In this document: piece after piece, positions 9,665-17,538 of the stretch | Numbering within the stretch: the stretch's first letter is position 1 | Layout of the letters: the number at the start of each line of letters is the position of its first letter | NCBI GenBank assembly: GCA_964628455.1 | Contig: CAZVPD010000003.1 | Span: 2,046-66,045 of the forward strand | Direction: 5' to 3' | DNA: 64,000 nucleotides | Source of the DNA: an uncultured Lachnospiraceae bacterium | GTDB taxonomy: Bacteria > Bacillota > Clostridia > Oscillospirales > CAG-272 | Translations under genes and position numbers: made by a program | The notes under the pieces: generated by a model | What the model was told of the DNA's origin: nothing | Seen by the model: only the letters and a program-made list of their open reading frames with translations | Database searches by the model: none

Positions 9665-10762
9665 TTAATTATAGCTGCCCAGAGCCAGTCCTTTTTCGAT
9701 AAAATATTTGTATGTTTCGTAACGGACCGTTTTCGGAATAGAATGGTCGGAGTGCAGGACATAAGCGTGTCCCTGTTTGACCACGGGTATTTTAGCCTCC
9801 AGTTCCGCGTCGATGATCGCCCTGTCATTCGAATAAAGGCAGCGGACGTCTATCCCCCCGATGAGAGCGATTTTATCCCCGTGGTTTTTAAATATGCGCA
9901 GCAGGTCCATGCCGGCTTTGACTTCGATAACCTGAAGCCCGTCGATCCCCGCGCGGATCATGCCGGGGAGCAGCGGCTCCACAAAACCGCAGGAGTGCAT
10001 GACCACGGGAAGTCCGATGCCGTGCGCATAGTCACAGGTGAGTTTATGTGCGGGATATATAAACTCGTCATACATTTCGGGAGACATGAACGGAGCGTTT
10101 TTAAAGCCCATATCCTCATAATACCAGACTCCGTCGGGTTTCCCCTCTTCCTCAAAAAGGATTTTCTGAAGACTTACCGTCAGTTCCGCGAAGGTGTTCG
10201 TCATATCGGACACCCATTCGGGGTCGTCCAGCATACCCATCAGCATCCCGACATGACCGCATACCGGATGCATGCATTCAAACACATTGACACCGCTCCA
10301 GAAAAAGAAGCGTTCTTTGGATGCCGCGTATGCTTTGGCACCCCTGTAAGCCTCAAAGTTGATGCGCCGACGGTAGTTTGCCGGATCGAGAAGCCGGGGT
10401 TTTATGAGTTCATCCCATTTTTCACGGCAGTCTATATCAAAAGCGATGTGTTCAGGGGTGGAATCGTGTTTTTTATGACGGCGGAGGGTGGCATAGTTGC
10501 CGTCCTTCGCGGTTACCGTATCTTCATCTTCGGCAACGACAAACGGAACAAAATCAAGGTCCGCGCACAGATTGAAAGGCCAGCAGGTTGTCAGATCATA
10601 ATTAAAATGGTCTTCGAAACCTTCGCCCGGTTTTATTTCGGAGGTGGTGTCCTCGCCCGAAGTCCACGCGCGGTGGGTATCGCCCCAAAAATGTTCATAC
10701 AGGCCGATCCTGTCGGTAGGCTTATGCCGAAGTATGCACGATATGCGTTCTTTGCCTGTCAT
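9665..10762 (-). CDS. URO-D superfamily protein, MtaA-like
   Basis: 399-aa ORF trimmed to ATG 10762 (MTGKERISCILRHKPTDRIG; AAGGA upstream). The longer form would overlap the upstream capA-like gene. VMHSCGF block. Confidence 0.7.
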   Translation of the reverse strand: MTGKERISCILRHKPTDRIGLYEHFWGDTHRAWTSGEDTTSEIKPGEGFEDHFNYDLTTCWPFNLCADLDFVPFVVAEDEDTVTAKDGNYATLRRHKKHDSTPEHIAFDIDCREKWDELIKPRLLDPANYRRRINFEAYRGAKAYAASKERFFFWSGVNVFECMHPVCGHVGMLMGMLDDPEWVSDMTNTFAELTVSLQKILFEEEGKPDGVWYYEDMGFKNAPFMSPEMYDEFIYPAHKLTCDYAHGIGLPVVMHSCGFVEPLLPGMIRAGIDGLQVIEVKAGMDLLRIFKNHGDKIALIGGIDVRCLYSNDRAIIDAELEAKIPVVKQGHAYVLHSDHSIPKTVRYETYKYFIEKGLALGSYN

Positions 10763-10826
10763 AATCGTTACCATCCTTATTTTTATAGAATAAATTTGGA
10801 ATATTCGAATAACGGGAGACTTTAGA

Positions 10827-12218
10827 TCACCGGCCGGGAGCGGCTGTAACCCGTCCGCTGTCATCGATGTCGATCTCGGAGGAAAGACTTTCGATTGTTC
10901 CGAGTATGCGCATTCCGTCTTCCGTACCGGCTGCCGAGGAGGTTACTCCTCCCGTCTGAAGACAGGGTATGACCTTTACGGCGAGACCTTTTCCGTCGGC
11001 GGTTATTTCGAGAAGTGCGGTCTCTCCGTCCTCATGGTTAAACCAGAAATTGCCGAGACTGTATACGATAGGCCTGCCTTTATAAAATTCGATCTCCTGC
11101 AGGCAGTGGGGATGCGAACCGACCACGGCATCGGCTCCCGCGTCGATATACTGTTTCGCCTGTTCTGTCTGGGCTTTCTCAAGAGCATCCGTATTTTCTG
11201 TTCCCCAGTGCGGATATGCTATGACATAATCGGCGTTCGCCTTTGCTTCGGAAATAACCGCAAGAAACCGGTCCGGTTTATACGTGCGCAGCACCCCGCT
11301 CCTGTATTCGCCGGCTTCGGGGGTAAAGGGCATTTTTTCCGCTCTGGTAGCGGCAACAAAGGCTATTTTTATTCCGTTTACTATATAATAGCGCGGAGAC
11401 GAGGCATCGGCAATAGTCCGTCCGCCTCCGGTATATTCGATTCCGGCGCCTTCAAGCGTTTCGATCGTATCGATAAACGCTTCGGACCCGTAGTCGTAAA
11501 CGTGGTTGTTAGCCAGTGAAACAATGTCGACGCCCATTTCGGCGAGAAGGGACACATTCGAAGGCGAGGACCGGAAGGTGTAGTATTTGTTTTCCAGCGG
11601 TTCTCCCCTGTCGGAAAAAACGAACTCATTGTTGACCAGCGTCAGGTCCGCGGCATTCATGCGTTCAAGCAGCCCGCCTGAGATGCATTCGGAAAGAACT
11701 CCGCCTTTCTCCGCAAGAACAGCCATCGTTTCCCAGTCATCCGCAAGGCATACATCGCCTGTCATAACTATTTTAACCGGTTTGCCGTTTTCGCTTCCCG
11801 AAGGGACAGCCGTTCCCGTATACAGGTCTTTTAATGTGTGGAGCGTCATACCGCTGATTTCATACCAGAACATGCTGTCCGCCAGATCCGCAGCGGACGC
11901 TTTATGCATAAGCTGTCTGTATACGTCGCTTCCGGCTGTTTTTTCAAGCCACAGGACAAAGCCATAATCCATAAATGACGGAAGCTCTGCACCGGCACTG
12001 AGAACCGCGAAAACTTCATCGGGGGTAACGGGAGGCTCCGTGAGGTTTTCATCCGGCTCGAGCCCCGCGTCGCGGGTCTCCTCCCCGGGTATCCGATCTC
12101 CGGAGATATCCGACGCGTGAATCTTTCCGCCGCTGTCTGCGGATATCCAGACGGCAAGGCAGACGGGAGTGAGTATAATCATGACCGAGACAAAAAATAT
12201 TGTCAGGCGCTGTTTCAT
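10827..12218 (-). CDS. CapA family protein (PGA_cap metallophosphoesterase-like), membrane anchored
   Basis: 463 aa. N-terminal TM (LTIFFVSVMIILTPVCLAVWI). Motifs VKIVMTGDVCLAD, LVNNEFVFS, SLANNHVYDYG and YPHWGTE are typical of the CapA/YwtB family. Confidence 0.75.
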   Translation of the reverse strand: MKQRLTIFFVSVMIILTPVCLAVWISADSGGKIHASDISGDRIPGEETRDAGLEPDENLTEPPVTPDEVFAVLSAGAELPSFMDYGFVLWLEKTAGSDVYRQLMHKASAADLADSMFWYEISGMTLHTLKDLYTGTAVPSGSENGKPVKIVMTGDVCLADDWETMAVLAEKGGVLSECISGGLLERMNAADLTLVNNEFVFSDRGEPLENKYYTFRSSPSNVSLLAEMGVDIVSLANNHVYDYGSEAFIDTIETLEGAGIEYTGGGRTIADASSPRYYIVNGIKIAFVAATRAEKMPFTPEAGEYRSGVLRTYKPDRFLAVISEAKANADYVIAYPHWGTENTDALEKAQTEQAKQYIDAGADAVVGSHPHCLQEIEFYKGRPIVYSLGNFWFNHEDGETALLEITADGKGLAVKVIPCLQTGGVTSSAAGTEDGMRILGTIESLSSEIDIDDSGRVTAAPGR

Positions 12219-12429
12219 AAAAAGGTTTCCTCGGGATATTTATTTTAATTTTACGGTTTAATATATTTAACGGGCAGAAAAGCATTTAAACATACTAAAC
12301 ATACTATACCACAGGATCATGGAATATTCAAGCGGAATTTTTTTTACGCATATAACAGCCGGCTGCCGGATCCAAAGCGTTTTTCGTTCTTATCCGACGC
12401 GGGCAGAAAGGAGTTTTACTTTTTCGCTT

Positions 12430-13584
12430 TTACCGGATCAGCATTTCTTTAACCTCCCCGGCGTTTTTTATCAGGGGGATTTCCGGACAGCGGCAGAATT
12501 TCTGATGAACATCGTTTAAAACAAGATGCTCAATCACAACATTCCGGTCAATCTGTATCGTTGGCGCCTCGGTTTCCGCTTCTTCATTCCTGTAAACACC
12601 GGAAATCGAAACATTTCCGCATCTGATGCCTTCCGCAAACCATATGACGGGATTGTATTTTATCGATTTTTCATGTGTTCCCTTCCCGTAAGGGATATCC
12701 ACGCTGTCGATAAAGCGTCTGTCGGCGTCAGGCTGCTGCGGATGCTTCGAACAGAATACATTCTCAATTGAAATGCCGTCAAACAGGGACGGAGCTCCCG
12801 GAACGATGTTGTGATGCGTGAAAGAAATTCCGTAAAAACGATAGGTGCCGAAGATATTGCGGACAGAAACGTTTTTCATGGGGCTGCCGCAGGAAAGCAG
12901 CCGGACCGCTGTATACCCGTTATCCGCATAAAGGCTGTCGACTGAAATATTTTCTATGATTCCCTGCTTTACATTGAGGTTGTTTCCGTCGTCATAAGCA
13001 TCGTCACAGTTCAGAGCTACCAGGTCGTCGTTTGTCGCTCCTTTGATATTACGGATAAAACCGTTTCGGGCCCGCCCCTGTATATGAACCCCGTCCATAT
13101 TCGGACGCAGCATATTATAATCGAAGGTGATGTTTTCAACCGTGAATCTGTCGGCGCCTGTAATCTGCATCGCATAACTTTCCGGATCCTTCACGGTTAA
13201 ATTTCTGATATTCAGATCCTCGATGTTCTCAAAGCGCATGACAGGCCCCATGAAATACGGCTTGCCCGGATGGTTTTTCCCGCGTTTTTGCGCCCTGTTG
13301 TTGCCATTCCATACACCGCCCTCCACCGTAATGCGCCGGTTCGTTTTTTCTTTTCCGCAGCATTCGTTTTTCAGCATAAAGCAGCAGGCTCCGTCGGCAA
13401 GAAAGATCTCTGCTCCGAACGACAGGACCAGCGCGGTGTCGTCCCCGATAACAAGCGAATCTGAAATACGGTATTTCCCTTCGGGTATCGCTACCTCTCC
13501 CCGGCGGTCCAGTCCGGCCTGTATTCCCGCGGTATCGTCATGCTCTCCGTCTCCGTAAAGCTTCATATCGTTATTGATCGTCAT
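12430..13584 (-). CDS. right-handed beta-helix glycosidase, GH28-like / pectate-lyase superfamily
   Basis: 447-aa ORF trimmed to ATG 13584 (AGGAG 6 nt upstream; MTINNDMKLYGDG). Contains DDTAGIQAGLD...IPEGKYRISDSLVI and NDDLVALNCDD. The upstream 63 codons are AT-rich intergenic read-through. Confidence 0.65.
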   Translation of the reverse strand: MTINNDMKLYGDGEHDDTAGIQAGLDRRGEVAIPEGKYRISDSLVIGDDTALVLSFGAEIFLADGACCFMLKNECCGKEKTNRRITVEGGVWNGNNRAQKRGKNHPGKPYFMGPVMRFENIEDLNIRNLTVKDPESYAMQITGADRFTVENITFDYNMLRPNMDGVHIQGRARNGFIRNIKGATNDDLVALNCDDAYDDGNNLNVKQGIIENISVDSLYADNGYTAVRLLSCGSPMKNVSVRNIFGTYRFYGISFTHHNIVPGAPSLFDGISIENVFCSKHPQQPDADRRFIDSVDIPYGKGTHEKSIKYNPVIWFAEGIRCGNVSISGVYRNEEAETEAPTIQIDRNVVIEHLVLNDVHQKFCRCPEIPLIKNAGEVKEMLIR

Positions 13585-13719
13585 ACACAGCTCCTGTGGC
13601 TGCATTGACCGCGGCAGCCGGATACGCGGCCTGTAAAAGATTTTAAGGCATAAATAACCGGTTTCCGCCTCATGATTATTAAAATAAAAATAAAACAAAA
13701 ACGTAAAGAAAGGCAAAAA

Positions 13720-14742
13720 ATGAAAATCAAACTGGGAATAGTCGGCCTCGGAAGAGCCGGAAGAGGTATGCATCTCGATGAACTGGAGGGCTCACGCGAT
13801 CTTTTTGAAATTTCGGCTGTATGTGACTCGATAAAAGAACGCGCCGACGAGGTTGCGGCCAGATACGGCTGCCGGGCTTATTATAATATCACGGACTTTC
13901 TTGCGGATGACGGTTTTGAAATGGCCGATATCGCGACCCGCTCGTGCGACCACTGCCGTCATGCTGTCATGAGCATGGAAGCCGGAAAACATGTTCTGCT
14001 GGAAAAACCGATGGCGGCCGACTTAAGCGAAGCCCTGCTGATTTTCGAAACAAGCGCGAAACTCGGAAGGAAGCTGTATATCCGGCACAACCGGCGCTGG
14101 GAGGGACCGTTTAATCAGGCTCTGGCGATCATTAATTCCGGAGTCATCGGCGATGTATTCGAAGTCAGGCTTACGCGCAGCGGGTTTGAAACACGCAACG
14201 ACTGGCAGACATTAAGAAAATACGGGGGAGGGCAGCTGCTCAACTGGGGACCGCACATCATCGACCAGGCGCTCGTGTTCGGCGAAGGCTATACCGATTT
14301 ATTTTATAATATAAAGCAGATCAACGCCAGCGGAGACTGCGAAGATCATATAAAAACCGTCTTTACCGGAAAAAACAAAAGGATTATCGATCTGGAGATA
14401 AGCGGAGGGTGCGCGCTCAGTCTGCCGCTTTATACGGCATACGGTTCGAGGGGTTCGTTCGAAATGTATGACGACCGCACCGAACTGAAATATGTGAACC
14501 GTGACTTCAGCATCATCAAGTTTGAGGCGAATGAGGGGACACCCGGCGAATATTTCGCCAACAGCGGTGATATATCCTGGACAACCGAAACGATTCCGAC
14601 CGAACACGTGAGGCTCGATCAGGTTTGGAAAGCTGTCTATGAAGATTATAACGGAATAAAACCCTACCGCATCACAAAGGAACAGGCGCTTGCGGTCATG
14701 GAAGTGATCGCAAAGGTAAAACAGGGACGCGTTGCATTATAA
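13720..14742 (+). CDS. Gfo/Idh/MocA family oxidoreductase
   Basis: ORF trimmed to ATG 13720. MKIKLGIVGLGRAGRGMH Rossmann GxGxxG. LLEKPMAADL motif. Confidence 0.85.
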   Translation: MKIKLGIVGLGRAGRGMHLDELEGSRDLFEISAVCDSIKERADEVAARYGCRAYYNITDFLADDGFEMADIATRSCDHCRHAVMSMEAGKHVLLEKPMAADLSEALLIFETSAKLGRKLYIRHNRRWEGPFNQALAIINSGVIGDVFEVRLTRSGFETRNDWQTLRKYGGGQLLNWGPHIIDQALVFGEGYTDLFYNIKQINASGDCEDHIKTVFTGKNKRIIDLEISGGCALSLPLYTAYGSRGSFEMYDDRTELKYVNRDFSIIKFEANEGTPGEYFANSGDISWTTETIPTEHVRLDQVWKAVYEDYNGIKPYRITKEQALAVMEVIAKVKQGRVAL

Positions 14743-14782
14743 ATTACACGTTATATATTATTAATGAGAAGGAATTATTTCT

Positions 14783-15526
14783 ATGATCAGAACAGGTGTG
14801 GCCGACTACGGCATGAATTGTTATTACGGCGGATTTTATGACTATTCCGCGCGTATGGACGCGCTCGCAAAGATCGGATACGACGGCATCGAAAGGATGT
14901 CTCCGCGGAATTACACGGATGCCTGTCAAAAGCTGATCGTTCTCGCCGAACGCAGAATGAGTTTTTCTACGGTTGAAGCCGAAGACACCGAACAATCGAT
15001 CAAACTGACGGCAGCATTCGGGAAAAAATACATCTGGGCGGATAAATCTCCCTTCGTGTCCTCCTTTGACGATTACTGCCGAACAGTGAGTTATCTCGAA
15101 GAGGCCTGCGCCCGATACGGCATTTGCCCTGCGGTCCACAACCATCTGGGCTCGCTTGTCGAAAGTCAGGAGCAGCTGGAAGAATTTCTTGCACGCTGTC
15201 CGGGAACCGGCCTTATCCTTGATACAGCGCATCTCGCGGTTGCCGGCGGAGATATCCTGTATATCCTTGCGAAATATTTCGAGCGGGTAAAAGCCGTTCA
15301 TATAAAAGAATGGCATATAAACGATCCGTTGACGAAAAACATACGGGAAGGACGATTCTGCGGTTTGCGTCAGGGCAATTATGATATAGACAATGAAGGC
15401 TTCGTAAAGGAATTGCTCAGACGCGGTTACGGCGAATGGATATTTATCGAACAGGATACGCATCTGCGAGAACCGCTTGAGGATCTGAAGGAAAGCCGTC
15501 AGATCCTGCGAAGCTGGGGTATATGA
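14783..15526 (+). CDS. sugar phosphate isomerase/epimerase (xylose isomerase-like TIM barrel)
   Basis: 247 aa. Contains GYDGIERMS, ILDTAHLAVAGGD and VHIKEW, as in AP-endonuclease-2/xylose-isomerase-like barrels. Lies 40 nt after the oxidoreductase. Confidence 0.8.
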   Translation: MIRTGVADYGMNCYYGGFYDYSARMDALAKIGYDGIERMSPRNYTDACQKLIVLAERRMSFSTVEAEDTEQSIKLTAAFGKKYIWADKSPFVSSFDDYCRTVSYLEEACARYGICPAVHNHLGSLVESQEQLEEFLARCPGTGLILDTAHLAVAGGDILYILAKYFERVKAVHIKEWHINDPLTKNIREGRFCGLRQGNYDIDNEGFVKELLRRGYGEWIFIEQDTHLREPLEDLKESRQILRSWGI

Positions 15527-15591
15527 GCTGTTCCCCGGACTGAGACGATAAAATCCCGAATCTGACAGGATGGGATACCTAAACAGAATCA

Positions 15592-15636
15592 TTCTCCGGT
15601 TTCTTCCATAAAACCGGAGAATGACTTTCTTTTTTA
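15592..15636. terminator. rho-independent terminator (strong for + strand, weaker for - strand)
   Basis: TTCTCCGGTTT-cttccat-AAACCGGAGAA 11-bp stem, followed by a T-rich run (ctttctttttt) on the + strand. Confidence 0.65.
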
Positions 15637-15640
15637 TGTA

Positions 15641-16654
15641 TTATCTGCCCCTGGAGGTTTCTTCGACGGCAACGGCAACGGCAACGGTAGCGCCGACCAT
15701 CGGATTGTTTCCCATACCGATCAGCCCCATCATTTCGACATGAGCGGGAACTGAGGACGATCCGGCAAACTGAGCGTCGCCGTGCATCCTGCCCATCGAG
15801 TCGGTAAGACCGTAGGACGCGGGTCCGGCAGCCATATTGTCGGGATGAAGCGTGCGTCCGGTTCCGCCTCCCGAGGCTACGGAAAAGTATTTCTTGCCGG
15901 ATTCATAGGACCATTTCTTATAGGTTCCGGCGACCAGGTGCTGGAAACGGGTCGGATTCGTGGAGTTTCCGGTTATGGAGACATCCACATCTTCGGCTTT
16001 CATAATGGCAACGCCCTCAAGCACATCGTTTGCGCCGTAAACGCGGACTTTGCTTTTTTCACCGGTCGAATAAGCTTTCTCGCGGACAATGTTCAGGGTG
16101 TCGGTATAAAAGTCATATTCGGTTTCAACATAGGTGAATCCGTTGATGCGCGAAATGATAAATGCGGCGTCTTTGCCCAGCCCGTTGAGTATGACGCGAA
16201 GGGGTGCGGTTCTGACTTTATTCGCGCTGCGCGCAATCCCTATGGCGCCCTCAGCCGCTGCAAAGGATTCGTGTCCCGCGAGGAAACAGAAGCATTTTGT
16301 CTCTTCTCGAAGCAGCATCGCCGCCAGATTTCCGTGACCGATGCCGACTTTTCGGCTCTCCGCCACCGATCCGGGAATACAGAAAGCCTGAAGACCGATC
16401 CCTATGGCTTCGGCCGCGTCCGCAGCGTTCCGGATCCCTTTTTTCAGCGCGACGGCACAGCCCAGCGTATAAGCCCACCCTGCATTCTCAAATGCGATAG
16501 GCTGCACGCTTTTAACTATTTCGTCAACATGGATGCCGGCTTCCTGACACATGGTCCGCGCGGCCTCAAGATCGGCGATACCGTATTCGGCAAGGCATTT
16601 TTCGATGCCCGCCATTCTTCTCGCTTTACCTTCGAATTGTACGTTGTTCGACAT
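15641..16654 (-). CDS. GGGtGRT family protein (function unknown)
   Basis: 337 aa, AGGAGG RBS. Contains the family-defining SVASGGGTGRTLHPD. Lies 20 nt downstream of the IscU-like gene. Confidence 0.8.
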   Translation of the reverse strand: MSNNVQFEGKARRMAGIEKCLAEYGIADLEAARTMCQEAGIHVDEIVKSVQPIAFENAGWAYTLGCAVALKKGIRNAADAAEAIGIGLQAFCIPGSVAESRKVGIGHGNLAAMLLREETKCFCFLAGHESFAAAEGAIGIARSANKVRTAPLRVILNGLGKDAAFIISRINGFTYVETEYDFYTDTLNIVREKAYSTGEKSKVRVYGANDVLEGVAIMKAEDVDVSITGNSTNPTRFQHLVAGTYKKWSYESGKKYFSVASGGGTGRTLHPDNMAAGPASYGLTDSMGRMHGDAQFAGSSSVPAHVEMMGLIGMGNNPMVGATVAVAVAVEETSRGR

Positions 16655-16674
16655 AAAATACGGATCCTCCTTTC

Positions 16675-17388
16675 TTATTGTTTGCGCGGGTCGATGTATC
16701 TGACCGCGTCGGCATATCTGCCGTATGTTTTGATATTGTTCTTATATGCAGCGGCGGGTTCGGTTCCGGATTTGATGTCGTCCATCATCTTGCCGAGGTG
16801 TATGAATTTATATCCGATTACTTCATCGTTTTCGTCAAGACCGGTTTCGAGAATATAGCCTTCCGCAATTTCCAGGTAGCGGACGCCTTTGGCCAGCGTA
16901 GCGAAAATAGTGCCGACCTGAGAGCGCAGGCCTTTGCCGAGGTCCTCAAGCGAAGCACCGATGGGTAGTCCTCCTTCGGAGAACGCCGTCTGCGTGCGTC
17001 CGTATACCAGCTGTTTGAAAATTTCGCGCATGGCAACGTTTATGGCATCGCAAACCAGGTCGGTGTTCAGAGCTTCGAGGATTGTTTTTCCCTGCAGAAT
17101 TTCTCCCGCCATAGCTGCCGAGTGCGTCATACCGGAACAGCCCAAAGTTTCAACAAGCGCCTCGTGAATAATGCCTTCTTTTACATTGAGCGTAAGTTTA
17201 CAGCAGCCCTGCTGCGGCGCGCACCAGCCGATGCCGTGAGAAAGGCCGGATATGTCTTTGATTTCATAGGGTTTTACCCATCTGCCCTCTTCGGGTATGG
17301 GAGCAGGTCCGTGATGCGGACCCTTGGCGACGGTGCACATGCTCTCGACTTCGTGCGACAGAGCATATGCACTTTCGTTTTTTGACAT
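16675..17388 (-). CDS. IscU/NifU N-terminal-like iron-sulfur scaffold-like protein with extensions
   Basis: 237 aa. Three-Cys layout resembles IscU: GWCAPQQGCCKLTLNV, ETLGCSGMTHSAAMAGE..GKTILEAL, DLVCDAINVAMREI. It also has N- and C-terminal extensions. Confidence 0.65.
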   Translation of the reverse strand: MSKNESAYALSHEVESMCTVAKGPHHGPAPIPEEGRWVKPYEIKDISGLSHGIGWCAPQQGCCKLTLNVKEGIIHEALVETLGCSGMTHSAAMAGEILQGKTILEALNTDLVCDAINVAMREIFKQLVYGRTQTAFSEGGLPIGASLEDLGKGLRSQVGTIFATLAKGVRYLEIAEGYILETGLDENDEVIGYKFIHLGKMMDDIKSGTEPAAAYKNNIKTYGRYADAVRYIDPRKQ

Positions 17389-17419
17389 ATATTTCTCCTA
17401 TCTTTGTATTGTTTTTATT

Positions 17420-17448
17420 ATTATAAGCTTTTTTACGGTTAAAATCAA
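17420..17448 (-). promoter_or_regulatory. promoter of the IscU-like/GGGtGRT pair
   Basis: On the minus strand: TTGATT (17448-17443), 17-nt spacer, TATAAT (17425-17420). About 30 nt upstream of ATG 17388. Confidence 0.55.
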
Positions 17449-17487
17449 TATGGATTCGACAACTTTTTTGTTAACAGTACATATCCG

Positions 17488-17519
17488 AAAAAAAGCCGGA
17501 CGCTTTATGGCATCCGGCT
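17488..17519 (-). terminator. rho-independent terminator of the rlmN-prpC-prkC operon
   Basis: Minus strand AGCCGGA-tgccataaagcg-TCCGGCT followed by TTTTTTT, 20 nt after the prkC stop. Confidence 0.7.
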
Positions 17520-17538
17520 CTGCAGGTTACGGGCTGCG

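Noticed and set aside
9743-10825. 360-aa ORF antisense to the URO-D-like gene 9665-10762
   Set aside because: Shadow ORF of a mid-GC gene, with no motif or RBS support.
13585-13773. N-terminal 63-codon extension of the beta-helix glycosidase ORF, and the matching 16-codon extension of the divergent oxidoreductase ORF
   Set aside because: Both extensions read through the shared AT-rich promoter region (FFTFLFYFYF and IKIKIKQKRK-type translations). Internal ATGs with AGGAG/AAAGG RBSs give normal N termini.
14744-15592. 282-aa ORF antisense to the TIM-barrel gene 14783-15526
   Set aside because: Shadow ORF. It would run through the terminator hairpin and has no recognisable domain.
15782-16858. 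358-aa ORF antisense to the GGGtGRT and IscU-like genes
   Set aside because: It spans the intergenic gap of two well-supported minus-strand genes. Composition is Gly/Arg/Phe-rich with no RBS.
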